DNA of 64,000 nt from Macrostomum lignano (Eukaryota). The translations under genes and the position numbers were made by a program. Under the pieces are notes generated by a model. The model made no database searches, was not told where the DNA came from, and saw only the letters and a program-made list of their open reading frames with translations. Positions 22,040 through 33,620 of the stretch are shown piece after piece (the stretch's first letter is position 1; each line of letters opens with the position of its first letter). Location of the stretch: positions 124,001-188,000 of the forward strand of contig NIVC01001581.1 in NCBI GenBank assembly GCA_002269645.1, in the 5' to 3' direction.

Positions 22040-23920
22040 GCCTGTCTGTCTGTATTCAGGGTTCAATTTAAAAGAGCAATATCCACATGTAGGCACGAAT
22101 CATACAGTACCTATCTGACAGTACCGCAGCCCTCCATCAAAATTCAGGCCTCAGTCCTGGGCTTCATGCACCTGATGGCCACCAACATGTGCGTGTGGTT
22201 CCAGGCCATCCTACTCGAGACCGGCCACAACGCAGAGAAGCACACAGCTAAGGCGTCTCACTCTTCTTACTCTTCAACTGGATCGAACAGCAAGTATGAG
22301 CCGATTGAAGGCATGAACTACAGTTCGTCAGGTAAGGAGGCTGGCGTGCATCATCTGGGTCACGGCTACACTCCGGCCAACTGCTCCAAGGAGGTGTTCT
22401 GGCGAATGGCGCCTTACCTGTTCCCGTTCACCATCGAGTACTCGCTGATGGCGGCGTTCTCCTGCTACGTTCTTTACTGCAACGTGGGCAAATTCCTGCA
22501 CGTCATCCAGACTAAAGGCTTCAACGTTGGCAAGAAGTGCCTGCGAAATCGGAAGCGAGCCCAGACCAGCTTCTCTGCCAGCTGTTACAAAAGCGACAAA
22601 GGCTTCTTCTTGGGCGCGTTGCAGATGATTGTCGGAGTTGCGTCCGGGATCTACTTCACCGTTTATATTAACGAAGAGCCGGACGATCTGATTGTTGGCA
22701 AGTACATCTACTTGGGCACGGACCTGACTTTGCTGACATTCAACCTGGTGTTGTGCATCGTCGCGTACAAGCAGATGCAGGCGCTGACGCTGGTTCGACG
22801 AATGAGGACTGGACCGGACGCCTGGCTGCTGGGCATCACTTTGATCGGCGTGCTGGCGTTCGAGTTGTTCCAGCTGTTTGGCGCCTTCGCTGAGCGCGGC
22901 TTGTTCTTGGCGCTCAGACTGATTCAGGGAACAGTTTCTATAATGCAGAGCCTGCTGCAGGTGAGCACAAAGGGCCAATACTTTTAGTAAGTAGATGTAA
23001 ATAGCAAATTGATTCAAGGCCGCTGTGCATCATGTCTGTATTTGCGTGCTCAGGGTCACCTTAATAAGTACAAGGGTCAATCGTCAGCGGAGCGGACATA
23101 AGTGCTCAATGGTCACTCAACGGTCATAAATGCTCAAGCTAGGTCACTCAACGGACATTAGTGCTCAAGCTAGGTTACTCAACAGACAAAAGTGCTCAAG
23201 CTAGGTCACTCAACGAACATAAGTACTCAAGCTTGGTCACTCAACGGACATAAGTGCTCAAGCTAGGTCACTCAACGGAGCTCAAGCTGGGTCAATCAAT
23301 GGACATAAGTGCTCAAGGGTCAGCGGAACGGACATAAGTGCTCAAGGGTCAGCGGAATGGACATAAGTGCTCAAGGGTCAGTGGAACGGACATAAGTGCT
23401 CAAGGGTCAGCGGAACGGACATAAGTGCTCAAGGGTCAGTGGAACGGACATAAGTGCTCAAGGGTCAGCGGAACGGACATAAGTGCTCAAGGGTCAGTGG
23501 AACGGACATAAGTGCTCAAGGGTCAGTGGAACGGACATATGTGCTCGATGGTCACTCAACGGACATAAGTGCTCAAATTGTCAGCGTTAACCAACCAAAA
23601 CTCCCCATCATCAGGTATTTCTTGTTCTCGATGGCGAGAAACGCCGCTCGTGCACCAGCGAGGCCATCGAACGTAAGCCTGGCCGCGAGATGGTCGCCTC
23701 GCTGTTGCTAGGCAACCTGGCACTATGGGTGGTGTACACCCTGGAAGTTCGGGAGATTAACAGCCTGCCAAACTATAACGATGCCTACATACTGATTGCG
23801 TCACAGATTTTCTCCTATCTATGCTCGCCGCTGATCATCTTTTTCCGGTTCCACTCGGCCTGCTGCTTTGTGGACATCTGGCGGCACGCCTACAGAGGAG
23901 GGAGCCGCGGAGGCGGTTAG
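18215..23920 (+). CDS. Otopetrin-family proton channel, 4 exons (18215-18820, 21362-21844, 22148-22960, 23615-23920), ~735 aa
   Basis: All junctions are GT-AG, phase 0. Family motifs: [80 protein letters not shown]. Paralog not assignable. Confidence 0.92.
18841..19048 (-). mobile_element. tRNA-derived SINE in otopetrin intron 1
   Basis: On the minus strand: A-box-like gccgtagcctatagttagtgg, B-box-like ggctcgattcc, a body with a small hairpin, and a short (gaat/caat)n tail. Confidence 0.5.
19587..21302. repeat. 41-bp satellite x ~42 in otopetrin intron 1
   Basis: Unit ttcagtgaggataaaccccagctgtcctccctcaatcatgc with 37-43 bp variants. Confidence 0.95.
21888..22052. repeat. (TCTG)n microsatellite in otopetrin intron 2
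   Basis: Direct inspection. Confidence 0.95.
23085..23575. repeat. 29/36-bp minisatellite in otopetrin intron 3
   Basis: Units cggaacggacataagtgctcaagggtcag and ggacataagtgctcaagctaggtcactcaac. Confidence 0.9.
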
Positions 23921-24052
23921 GGACAGCTGGAGGAAGCCAGCGGGGGCCTGCTGCAGGAGCAGCACCAGAACTAGACTGGAATTTGGTGTCCCCCTCGCCT
24001 GACACCTACAGTGTTTTGGTATCAACTGATCATGACTCCTAATTAGGTGCTC

Positions 24053-26605
24053 TCTTCCCCTCTCCTGACACACCTTTCAGTGCCCCTCTCCTGATACATT
24101 TTGATGCCCCCTCTCCTGACACATTTCGGTGCCCCTCTCCTGACACACATTTGATGCCCCCTCTCCTGACACATTTCGGTGCCCCTCTCCTGACACACAT
24201 TTGATGCCCCCTCTCCTGACACATTTCGGTGCCCCTCTCCTGACACACATTTGATGCCCCCTCTCCTGACACATTTCGGTGCCCCTCTCCTGACACACAT
24301 TTTGATGCCCCTCTCCTGACACACATTTGATGCCCCTCTCCTGACACACATTTGATGCCCCCTCTCCTGACACATTTCGGTGCCCCTCTCCTGACACACA
24401 TTTGATGCCCCTCTCCTGACACATTTCGGTGCCCCTCTCCTGACACACATTTTGATGCCCCTCTCCTGACACACATTTGATGCCCCCTCTACTGACACAT
24501 TTCGATGCCCCTCTCCTGACACACATTTTGATGCCCCCTCTTTTGACACTTTTGATGCCCCTCTCGACACACATTTTGATGCCCCCTCTTCTGACACACA
24601 TTTCGGTGCCCCTCTCCTGACACATTTCGATGCCCCTCTCCTGATACATTTCGGTGCCCCTCTCCTGACACATTTCGGTGCCCCTCTCCTGACACATTTC
24701 GATGCCCCTCTCCTGATACATTTTGATGCCCCCTCTCCTGACACATTTCGGTGCCCCCTCCTGACACCATTTTGATCCCCCCTCTCCTGACACATTTCGG
24801 TGCCCCTCTCCTGACACACATTTCGGTGCCCCTCTCCTGACACACATTTTGATGCCCCTCTCCTGACACACATTTGATGCCCCTCTCCTGACACACATTT
24901 GATGCCCCCTCTCCTGACACATTTCGGTGCCCCTCTCCTGACACACATTTGATGCCCCCTCTCCTGACACATTTCGGTGCCCCTCTCCTGACACACATTT
25001 TGATGCCCCTCTCCTGACACACATTTGATGCCCCCTCTACTGACACATTTCGATGCCCCTCTCCTGACACACATTTTGATGCCCCCTCTTTTGACACTTT
25101 TGATGCCCCTCTCGACACACATTTTGATGCCCCTCTTCTGACACACATTTCGGTGCCCCTCTCCTGACACATTTTGATGCCCCTCTCCTGACACATTTCG
25201 GTGCCCCTCTCCTGACACATTTCGGTGCCCCTCTCCTGACACATTTCGATGCCCCTCTCCTGATACATTTTGATGCCCCTCTCCTGACACATTTCGGTGC
25301 CCCTCCTGACACCATTTTGATCCCCCTCTCCTGACACATTTCGGTGCCCCTCTCCTGACACACATTTTGATGCCCCTCTCCTGACACACATTTGATGCCC
25401 CTCTCCTGACACATTTCGGTGCCCCTCTCCTGACACATTTCGGTGCCCCTCTCCTGACACACATTTTGATGCCCCTCTCCTGACACACATTTTGATGCCC
25501 CCTCTCCTGACACATTTCGGTGCCTCCTCCTGACACCATTTTGATCCCCCTCTCCTGACACATTTCGGTGCCCCTCTCCTGACACACATTTTGATGCCCC
25601 TCTCCTGACACACATTTGATGCCCCCTCTCCTGACACATTTCGGTGCCCCTCTCCTGACACACATTTTGATGCCCCTCTCCTGACACACATTTTGATGCC
25701 CCCTCTCCTGACACATTTCGGTGCCCCCTCCTGACACCATTTTGATCCCCCCTCTCCTGACACATTTCGGTGCCCCTCTCCTGACACATTTTGATGCCCC
25801 CTCTCCTGACACATTTCGGTGCCCCTCTCCTAACACATTTCGATGCCCCTCTCCTGACACACATTTTGATGCCCCCTCTCCTGACACATTTCGGTGCCCT
25901 CTCCTGACACACATTTTGATGCCCCTCTCCTGACACACATTTGATGCCCCCTCTCCTGACACTTTTCGGTGCCCCTCTCCTGACACATTTCGGTGCCCCT
26001 CTCCTGACACACATTTTGATGCCCCCTCTTTTGACACTTTTGATGCCCCTCTCGACACACATTTTGATGCCCCCTCTTCTGACACACATTTCGGTGCCCC
26101 TCTCCTGACACATTTTGATGCCCCCTCTCCTGACACATTTCGATGCCCCTCTCCTGACACACATTTTGATGCCCCCTCTACTGACACATTTCGGTGCCCC
26201 TCTCCTGACACACATTTTGATGCCCCCTCTTTTGACACTTTTGATGCCCCTCTCGACACACATTTTGATGCCCCCTCTTCTGACACACATTTCGGTGCCC
26301 CTCTCCTGACACATTTTGATGCCCCCTCTCCTGACACATTTCGATGCCCCTCTCCTGACACACATTTTGATGCCCCCTCTACTGACACATTTCGGTGCCC
26401 CCTCCTGACACCATTTTGATCCCCCCTCACCGGACACATTTCGGTGCCCCTCTCCTGACACATTTCGGTGCCCCTCTCCTGACACATTTCGATGCCCCTC
26501 TCCTGACACACATTTTGATGCCCCCTCTACTGACACATTTCGGTGCCCCCTCCTGACACCATTTTGATGCCCCCTTTCCTGACACATTTCGGTGCCCCTC
26601 TCCCA
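24053..26605. repeat. 2.5-kb satellite of 23-26-bp units (cccctctcctgacacatttcggtg / ...cacattttgatg)
   Basis: About 100 units; source of all the MCQERG-type ORFs. Confidence 0.95.
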
Positions 26606-27129
26606 ACTTCTTAAAGATTTTGGCTCCCCTCCTTCTGATACCTACAGTATGACAGAACCCCCTCTCCCGACAAATATTTTGAAGTTCATTCAGAGTTTTG
26701 CCCTATGCGCGCACAAATAAATGAAAATTTTGTCTGTACAAAATTACCAAATGTTTTGTATAAAGCTGTACATTTATCATAAAACTATAGTGATAGTTAA
26801 CAACTGAATGTAATTAGTAGCCACTTAAAATACATTGACATGGACCAATGCTATAAATAGCTATCTTTAGCTTTTTAGATACTTTTGAAGCTTTTAAGAA
26901 TGTCTTTTCGAAAGCTTATCAAAAACAATATTATCGATACAAAAGACCGACATACAAGAAAAATTGAGCCAAAAGGGTATTTTTCTAGACAAGCTGAAGA
27001 GTTCGCCTTTAGCTCACAAGAAAATTAGAAGAAAAAAGAGAGAGAGAGAGAAAGTTGTGTCTAGTGTCTAAACGCACGAACTGCCACTTCCAAACTGTAG
27101 GGGGTTGGTTCGGGTTATAGAGGGAGTGT

Positions 27130-27545
27130 TGGTGCTGGGTGAGAGAGGGAGGGGTTGGTGTTGGGTTGGAGAGGAAGGGGGAATTGGTGCTGGGTGAGAG
27201 AGGGAAGGGGTTGGTGCTGGGTGAGAGAGGGAAGGGTTGGTGCTGGGTGAGAGAGGGAGGGGGTCGGTGTTGGGTTGGAGAGGAAGGGGGTTGGTGCTGG
27301 GTGAGAGAGGGAAGGGGTTGGTGCTGGGTGAGAGAGGGAGGGGGTCGGTGTTGGGTTGGAGAGGAAGGGGGTTGGTGCTGGGTGAGAGAGGGAGGGGTTG
27401 GTGCTGGGTGTGAGAGGGAGGGGTTGGTGCTGGGTGAGAGAGGGAGGAGGTTGGTGTTGGGTGGGAGAAGAAGGGGGTTGGTGCTGGGTGAGAGAGGGAA
27501 GGGGTTGGTGCTGGGTGTGAGAGGGAGGGTTGGTGCTGGGTGAAA
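27130..27545. repeat. G/purine-rich ~26-bp tandem repeat (ggtgctgggtgagagagggaggggtt)
   Basis: Direct inspection; strong strand asymmetry. Confidence 0.85.
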
Positions 27546-28226
27546 GAGGGAGGGGCTGGTGTGATTTCGACTGCCAGCCACGGACGGCTAGCAGTGCAGT
27601 GCACCGCGAAACAACACAGCTAGTTTATCCCGGGCAATGCAGGCTATCAAGGTAATCAAGCAATGCAGGCCACTGTGGCAGAGGTCTGTCTTGATGTCCT
27701 GCGATCGATTGAATCAGAACATGACAAATTCGTGTGTACTCTGATGGGTTATTATTTTTTTGTATAATAATTGGGCACCAGTAGAATAGTCATCGCACCA
27801 GTGCACTGATCAGTGATCACACTCATTGATAAATCATCACTATAGCTCTGTTATCCCTGCATCAGCAGTCAGCAACACCACCATCACTCCATAAATATTT
27901 GAGTAAAAATTTCACTTTCGCGCAGATGCCTCTTGGCAATTTATTTGTTTTTTTTCAAATAAAATGTAAATAGTTTAATGCGGTAGCATGTTAAGAAAAC
28001 CCGCTAGGGAGACTTAAAAAGAGCCATCACATAACAACTTCTAAAATTAGGGTAATAAATTCAAGACTGTCTAATAAAATAACCCACTACAATGAATATC
28101 AATCGGCCCAATGGCACCAAATGGCTTAACGAGGCCGGAGCTTGGACGAAGAGAATCAATTGTAAAGAAATTGAGCAGCATTCTGGATTCAGGAGCTATA
28201 GGGGCTGCAGAACTGAATTGACGTCA

Positions 28227-29123
28227 TCACAGGATATTCAGCACCACAATCCGATTATTGCTACCCCCCACGACCACCACCAGCTGCTCCCTCTTATCCA
28301 CTGTCGCCACTGCCAGGCTCCCGGGAACCCCGAGTTCGCTTCCCGGCTCACCCACAGTTCCCAAAAGCAAACCGTTTTTGGGGTTGACGACTCGCACCGA
28401 TTGTCCCACGCACTCACTCACGAACAGGCGGCCTTTCTTGTCGATGGCCACGTCAGACAGACCCCAGAAACGCTCCAGTCCGGAGTGCTCAGTAGGATGC
28501 GAGGTGACTAATCTCTGGTCGGAGTAGTGCACCCTGTGCACCTGCTCTTGGCATTTGTCTATCACAAGTAGGCAACTGCCATGGACGAGCAGTTTGCCTA
28601 GTGAGGCATGGCGCAGCGGTAGATGCATAGAACTCAACAGCTTTCCAGTTTTGCTATTATAGGCAAAAATTTCAGCTCTGCTGGTCAGAAACACAGTGTT
28701 GTCCTTGAAGCCCAGTCCATGTATTACGCTAGCACGATAATCCGGTTTGATTTGAATCAACTTCAAGCCGCTCAGATCTGTCACGGTCGCTTCATTGTAC
28801 TGAGCAATCACCAGGCGCTTCCGGTCGCAGCAAAGACCGTTAATAGATTGACCAAAGTCGATTTGGCAGTGGCATCGCAGTTTCTTTGACCCGTCCAAAG
28901 ACAGCACTAGCAGGTGGTCCATGCCAGAGGCTGTGTATGCCGTATAGATGCAGGGCTGAGGCAGAGCCTCTCTGTCGTCGTTACTTTTTGACCGCGCGGC
29001 AACTACACGGCCGGAGCTGTCGCTAGCGAAGCCGCTGGAGTCGCTGCACACGGCTAGCCACTCAACACTTTCGTCCAGCTTTACCTCGTGACTGAAGCCG
29101 ATCTTGATGTTGGACAATCCCAT
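28227..29123 (-). CDS. Stand-alone NHL-like beta-propeller protein (~298 aa from the first ATG; frame open to 29231)
   Basis: Single ORF. C-terminal blades GLSDVAIDKKGRLFVSE..SVRVV and VPGSLAV...VGGSNNRIVVL fit NHL repeats; earlier blades are divergent. The track start is GTG, so the true 5' end is uncertain. Confidence 0.65.
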   Translation of the reverse strand: MGLSNIKIGFSHEVKLDESVEWLAVCSDSSGFASDSSGRVVAARSKSNDDREALPQPCIYTAYTASGMDHLLVLSLDGSKKLRCHCQIDFGQSINGLCCDRKRLVIAQYNEATVTDLSGLKLIQIKPDYRASVIHGLGFKDNTVFLTSRAEIFAYNSKTGKLLSSMHLPLRHASLGKLLVHGSCLLVIDKCQEQVHRVHYSDQRLVTSHPTEHSGLERFWGLSDVAIDKKGRLFVSECVGQSVRVVNPKNGLLLGTVGEPGSELGVPGSLAVATVDKREQLVVVVGGSNNRIVVLNIL

Positions 29124-29478
29124 GCCGAGGAGTGTCTTGTTAGTGTTGACACTAGCGAACAGCAAAACAGCCAGAGCCACTCTGTCACTATATTGAGATA
29201 ACTTGGTAGTTAGACTTAGTCTATGGTCCACATCGACATTATTACGTTTTTTGATCCTATAAAGAGAGGGAAGGTTTTATAGAGCTGAGTAGCTATAGAT
29301 GACATTCTGCAGTTTTTCAAACTTATATAGCAGATCTTGTCTGCTGTGCCATTCTTAGCAGATCTTTTTCAATCTGCTCGGTTCTTGCAGGATCTTCTAA
29401 GAAGGGAGGTAAATTTGTTTTGTTATTCATTTGGCTAAAGAGTGTTCTAGCTGAATTATAATTTATTTTATGACAAAA

Positions 29479-31371
29479 TCTCTAACTATAAAAATCAAAA
29501 CTCTGTCTGTGTGTCTGTCTGTCTGTCTGTCTGTGTGTCTGTGGACAATTTTGATCGCTATGGACTCCCAAACCACTCAACCAACTAACACCAAATTTTA
29601 CACCCACCCTAAACTCACTACGGAGAATGTCTTAGGCTATCTTTTAATTTCCTAAATTTGAGTCTTCCTACCTAAAAGTGCAAAAAACTGCTCAAAATGC
29701 GCGATTTTTTCACTAAATCCTCCATAGCGCCGCTCCACTTCTACCGATTCTCTTCAAATTTGACACAGATTATCTTTAACTATTTTGGCACAATCGTGTA
29801 AAATTTCGAGTATCAAAGTTAATCCTGAGCGGTGCTGTGCGCTTTTAAAGTTAGGCTGTTTTTTTCAGCGTAGCAACCACCCCAACCTTCGCCCGCCTGC
29901 CTCTCTTTCCCGATCTGGGCCCAGATGTGTAAAAGGGTTTCAAAATTGACTAACTTTCAGCTGCCATAAGTTTGCTCCACGTAAAGCGATTGACTTCAAG
30001 CTTGACACAATTCTTCATTGACTCATTCTCTATCTAAATGTAAAGTTTCAACTCTGTAACTCAACCGAAAAAGAAACTGTAAGCATGTGAAGTTTGTCTG
30101 CTTTTTCTGTGGTTTGTGCCACTCACTCACTCATTCCCCCAGCCCAGACGAAGGGTCAGGCGATAGGACTGAATGTACATAGCAAATGTACAGTGTTTTG
30201 GAATAACTTTTTAATAGCCTTCTCTGTACCCCCGAGCGTGGAGAGGCTACGTTTAGCCATGACAGTTTAGTGAGAAATTCTAACCACTGCCCTCTGTATT
30301 GGCAAACTCTGCAGCAGTTTAACAGTGGATGGCAAATCGAGGGAATCCAGCATGGTTTGTAAAAGCGAAAGATTTATGATAAGGCGATGCAATGCAATAC
30401 AACCCTACTAAATTAGGCACACCATGGAAATTTTAGGTTTCTTTTAAAGGTACTGTGTAAATATTAAATGGCCTCCTAAGAGATGCGTATTTCCTTGGTT
30501 GTTAGACTGATGCAGACTGCAGTGGAGCTGAAGATACACAAATTCCTTTCAGGGCTGCAAATTGGCAAGAAAGATGACGTGATCAAAGCGTGAGAACAAC
30601 CATGAGAGTACTACGTCCCACAAACTGGCTTTCCAAGCAGGGATAGACAGACTTTTACCTCAAAGGCCAGATAAAGAATCCAGCTCATAGCTGAGGGGCA
30701 GATGAAAGTGGAAAGAAGAAGGAATAGACAATTCGAAGAGAGGAGAGGCGACAGAGGGGATAAAAGAAAAGATAAAAGATAATAGGAGAGATGAGGGGGT
30801 GAGGACGATGAGAGAGAGGGGAGAAGAGGGGAGAGAGGAAAAGCAAAAGGAGAGAGTAGAGATGAGAGAGCAGAGAGCTGCAGATGAGAGGAGACAGCAG
30901 AGAGGAGAGCAGAAAGGAAACAGGTGAAAGAAGGGATGAGAGAGTAAAGGGAAGAGAGAAGAGATAAAGATACATCTCTACATCTCTAAGGTTGTAGAGA
31001 TGAGAGAGGTGGAAGGAGAGATGAGAAATGAGAGATGAGAGATAACGGAGAGAGGAGAGTGGAGTGAGAGAAGAGAGGGAGACAGAGTATAGAAAAGGGA
31101 AGAGAAGAGAAAAGAAGAAAGGAGAAAGGAAAGTGAGGAGTCAAAAGAGGGGAAAGAAAAGAGTACAGAGGAGAGAGGTGAGAGAACATATAAGACAGAG
31201 ATGCCAGATTAAAGAGGGGGATGAGAGAGCAGAGATGAGAGTGAACAGATAAAAGATGGGAGAGTAGAGAGAACAGAGGAGAGGTTACAGAGACGAGAGG
31301 AGAGAGGAGAGGAAAGAGGAGAATGGAGAGGGGAGAGAGTAGAGAGAGGAGGAGAGATAAGAGAGAAAGAC

Positions 31372-31407
<36 letters not shown>

Positions 31408-31434
31408 GAGAGAGGAGAGATAAGAGAAAAAGAC

Positions 31435-31472
<38 letters not shown>

Positions 31473-32170
31473 AGCAGAGAGAAATGAGAAGAGATAAGAG
31501 AGAAAAGATAAAAGAAGAGAAAGGAAAGATGAGAGAGCAAAGACGAGAGAGAAAAGAAGTGAGGGAAGAGAGAAGAGGGGACAGATGAGAGAGTAGTGGA
31601 GAGAGTTAGGAGAAGAGAGAAAAGAATAGAAAGGAGAAGGAAGATGAGAGAGAAGTGGGGGTGAGAGGAGAGAGGAGAGGGCGAGAGAGGAGAGAGGAGA
31701 GGAGAGAGAAAACGAAAAAGTAGAGAGGAGAAAGGAGAGGAGAGAGAAAAGAAGAGACAAGAGATGAGATAAGAGAGATGAAAGAGAAGAGAGATGAGGG
31801 AAGATACGAGAGAAGAGGGGAGAGAGGAGAGAGGAGAGACGAGGGACGAGAGAGATGAGAGGAAACAAAGAGACGATAGAAATTTTAAAGGATCCAAGGG
31901 ACGTAGGGAGAGTCAGGGAGAGACCAGAGTTTAGCAATATATGTTTTATAGAGTCAGACAGACATTGCCTGACATTCTGCGCAGTACCCCAGCCAACAAT
32001 GTCTCAAACCCTAATTTTACACGAATGTGCTCCATTTTATGTCCACCTCTATCCTACTAACTATTAACAAGTTTTTATTTGTGTATGGCCTTAGATTTCA
32101 GAATACATGCAAAAGTAGTTCCGGGTATTGGAATTCCCCGGGTTCAAAATCCGCGGGTTTCAACAGCTTG
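29479..32170 (+). mobile_element. Non-autonomous Helitron-like element, copy 1
   Basis: A|TCTCTAACTATAAAAATC 5' end followed by a TG/TCTG microsatellite; 3' GC hairpin cccggg-ttcaaaat-ccgcggg about 13 nt before CTTG. Shares ~900 bp of 5' sequence and ~200 bp of 3' sequence with copy 2, and has an internal 1.2-kb GA-rich tract. Confidence 0.75.
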
Positions 32171-33620
32171 TCTCTACATATAAAAATCAAAACTCTGTGT
32201 GTGTGTGTGTCTGTGTGTGGACAATTTTGATCGCTATGGACTCCCAAACCGCTCAACCAAATGACACCAAATTTTACACCCACCCTAAACTCACTACGGA
32301 GAATGTCTTAGGCTACCTTTAAATTTCCTAAATTTGAGTCTTCCTACCTAAAAGTGCAAAAAACTGCTCAAAATGCGCGATTTTTTTACTAAAGCCTCCT
32401 TAGCGCCGCTCCACTTCTACCGATCCTCTTCAAATTTGACACAATCAATTTTCAACTATTTTGACACAATCGTGTAAAATTTCGAGTCTCAAAGTTAATC
32501 CTGAACGGCGCTGTGCACTTTTAAAGTTTGGCTGTTTTTTTCAGCGAGACAGCCACCCCAACCTCCGCCCGCCTGCCTCTTTCCCGATCTGGGCAAAGGG
32601 TGTAAATGGGTTTTAAAATGACTAACTTTCGGCTGCCATAAGTTTGCTCCACGTGAAGCGATTGACTTCTAACTTAACACAATTCTTCTTTGATTCATTC
32701 TCTGTCTAAATGTAAAGTTTCAACTCTCTAACTCAATCAGAACAGAAACTGTAAGCATGTGAAGTTTGTCTGCTTTTTCTGTTGTTTGTGCCACTCACTC
32801 ACTTATTCCCCAGAGCCAGACGAAGGGTCAGGCGATAGGGCTCAATGTACATAGCGAATGTACAGTGTTTTGGAATAACTTTTTAATAGCCTTCTCTGTA
32901 CCCCCGCGAGTGGAGAGGCGTGGAGAGGAGAGAGTTTAGTGAGAGATTCAATTTCAAACCACTGTCCTCTGAATAGACAAGTCTGCAGCAGTTAAACAAG
33001 GATGGCAAATCAAGGCGATGTGGGATGGTTTGTAAAAATATCGAAAAATTAATGAATAACTGATTACAATGCAATCCTGAGTGAGAAGAGAGGTGAGGGA
33101 AGAGAGAGCAGAGAGCAGAGGGAAGAGAGAGTAGAGAGCAGAGAGAAATGAGAAAAGATAAAACAGGAGAAAGGAGATATGAGAGACCAGAGACCAGAGC
33201 GAAGAGAGGAGAAGAGAGAGAAAAGAATAGAGTGGAGAGGGAAGAGACAAGAGAAGAGACGAGAGAGGAGAGAAGAAAGCAGAGATAAGAGGGGAGAGAG
33301 AGAAGAGACGAGAGAGAAGATAGGAAACAGAAAAGAAGATGGAAGTTTCAAAGGATGCAAAGGACATAGGGAGAGGCAGATGTACGTAGAGGCCAGAGTT
33401 TGCCTGACATTCTGCGCAGCACCCCAGCCAACAATATCAATGTTTGCCTCAAATCCTAATTTTACATGAATGTACACTATTTTATGTTTAACTCTATCCT
33501 AACTATTAACAAGGGAACAAGTTTTTGTGTGAGTTTTACCTCAGATTTTAGAATACATGCAAAAATATTTCTGGGGAATGGAGTTCCCCGGGTTCAAAAT
33601 CCGCGGGTTTCAACAGCTTG
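32171..33620 (+). mobile_element. Non-autonomous Helitron-like element, copy 2 (head-to-tail with copy 1)
   Basis: Begins TCTCTACATATAAAAATC immediately after the CTTG of copy 1; ends with the same hairpin and CTTG followed by T (33621). Confidence 0.75.

Noticed and set aside
24039-26587. Long minus-strand ORFs of 822, 516, 441 and 315 aa
   Set aside because: They are translations of a stop-poor satellite, open in several frames at once, with no unique sequence.
30685-31937. Leu/Ser-rich membrane-like ORFs
   Set aside because: Reverse strand of a GA-rich low-complexity tract inside the Helitron.
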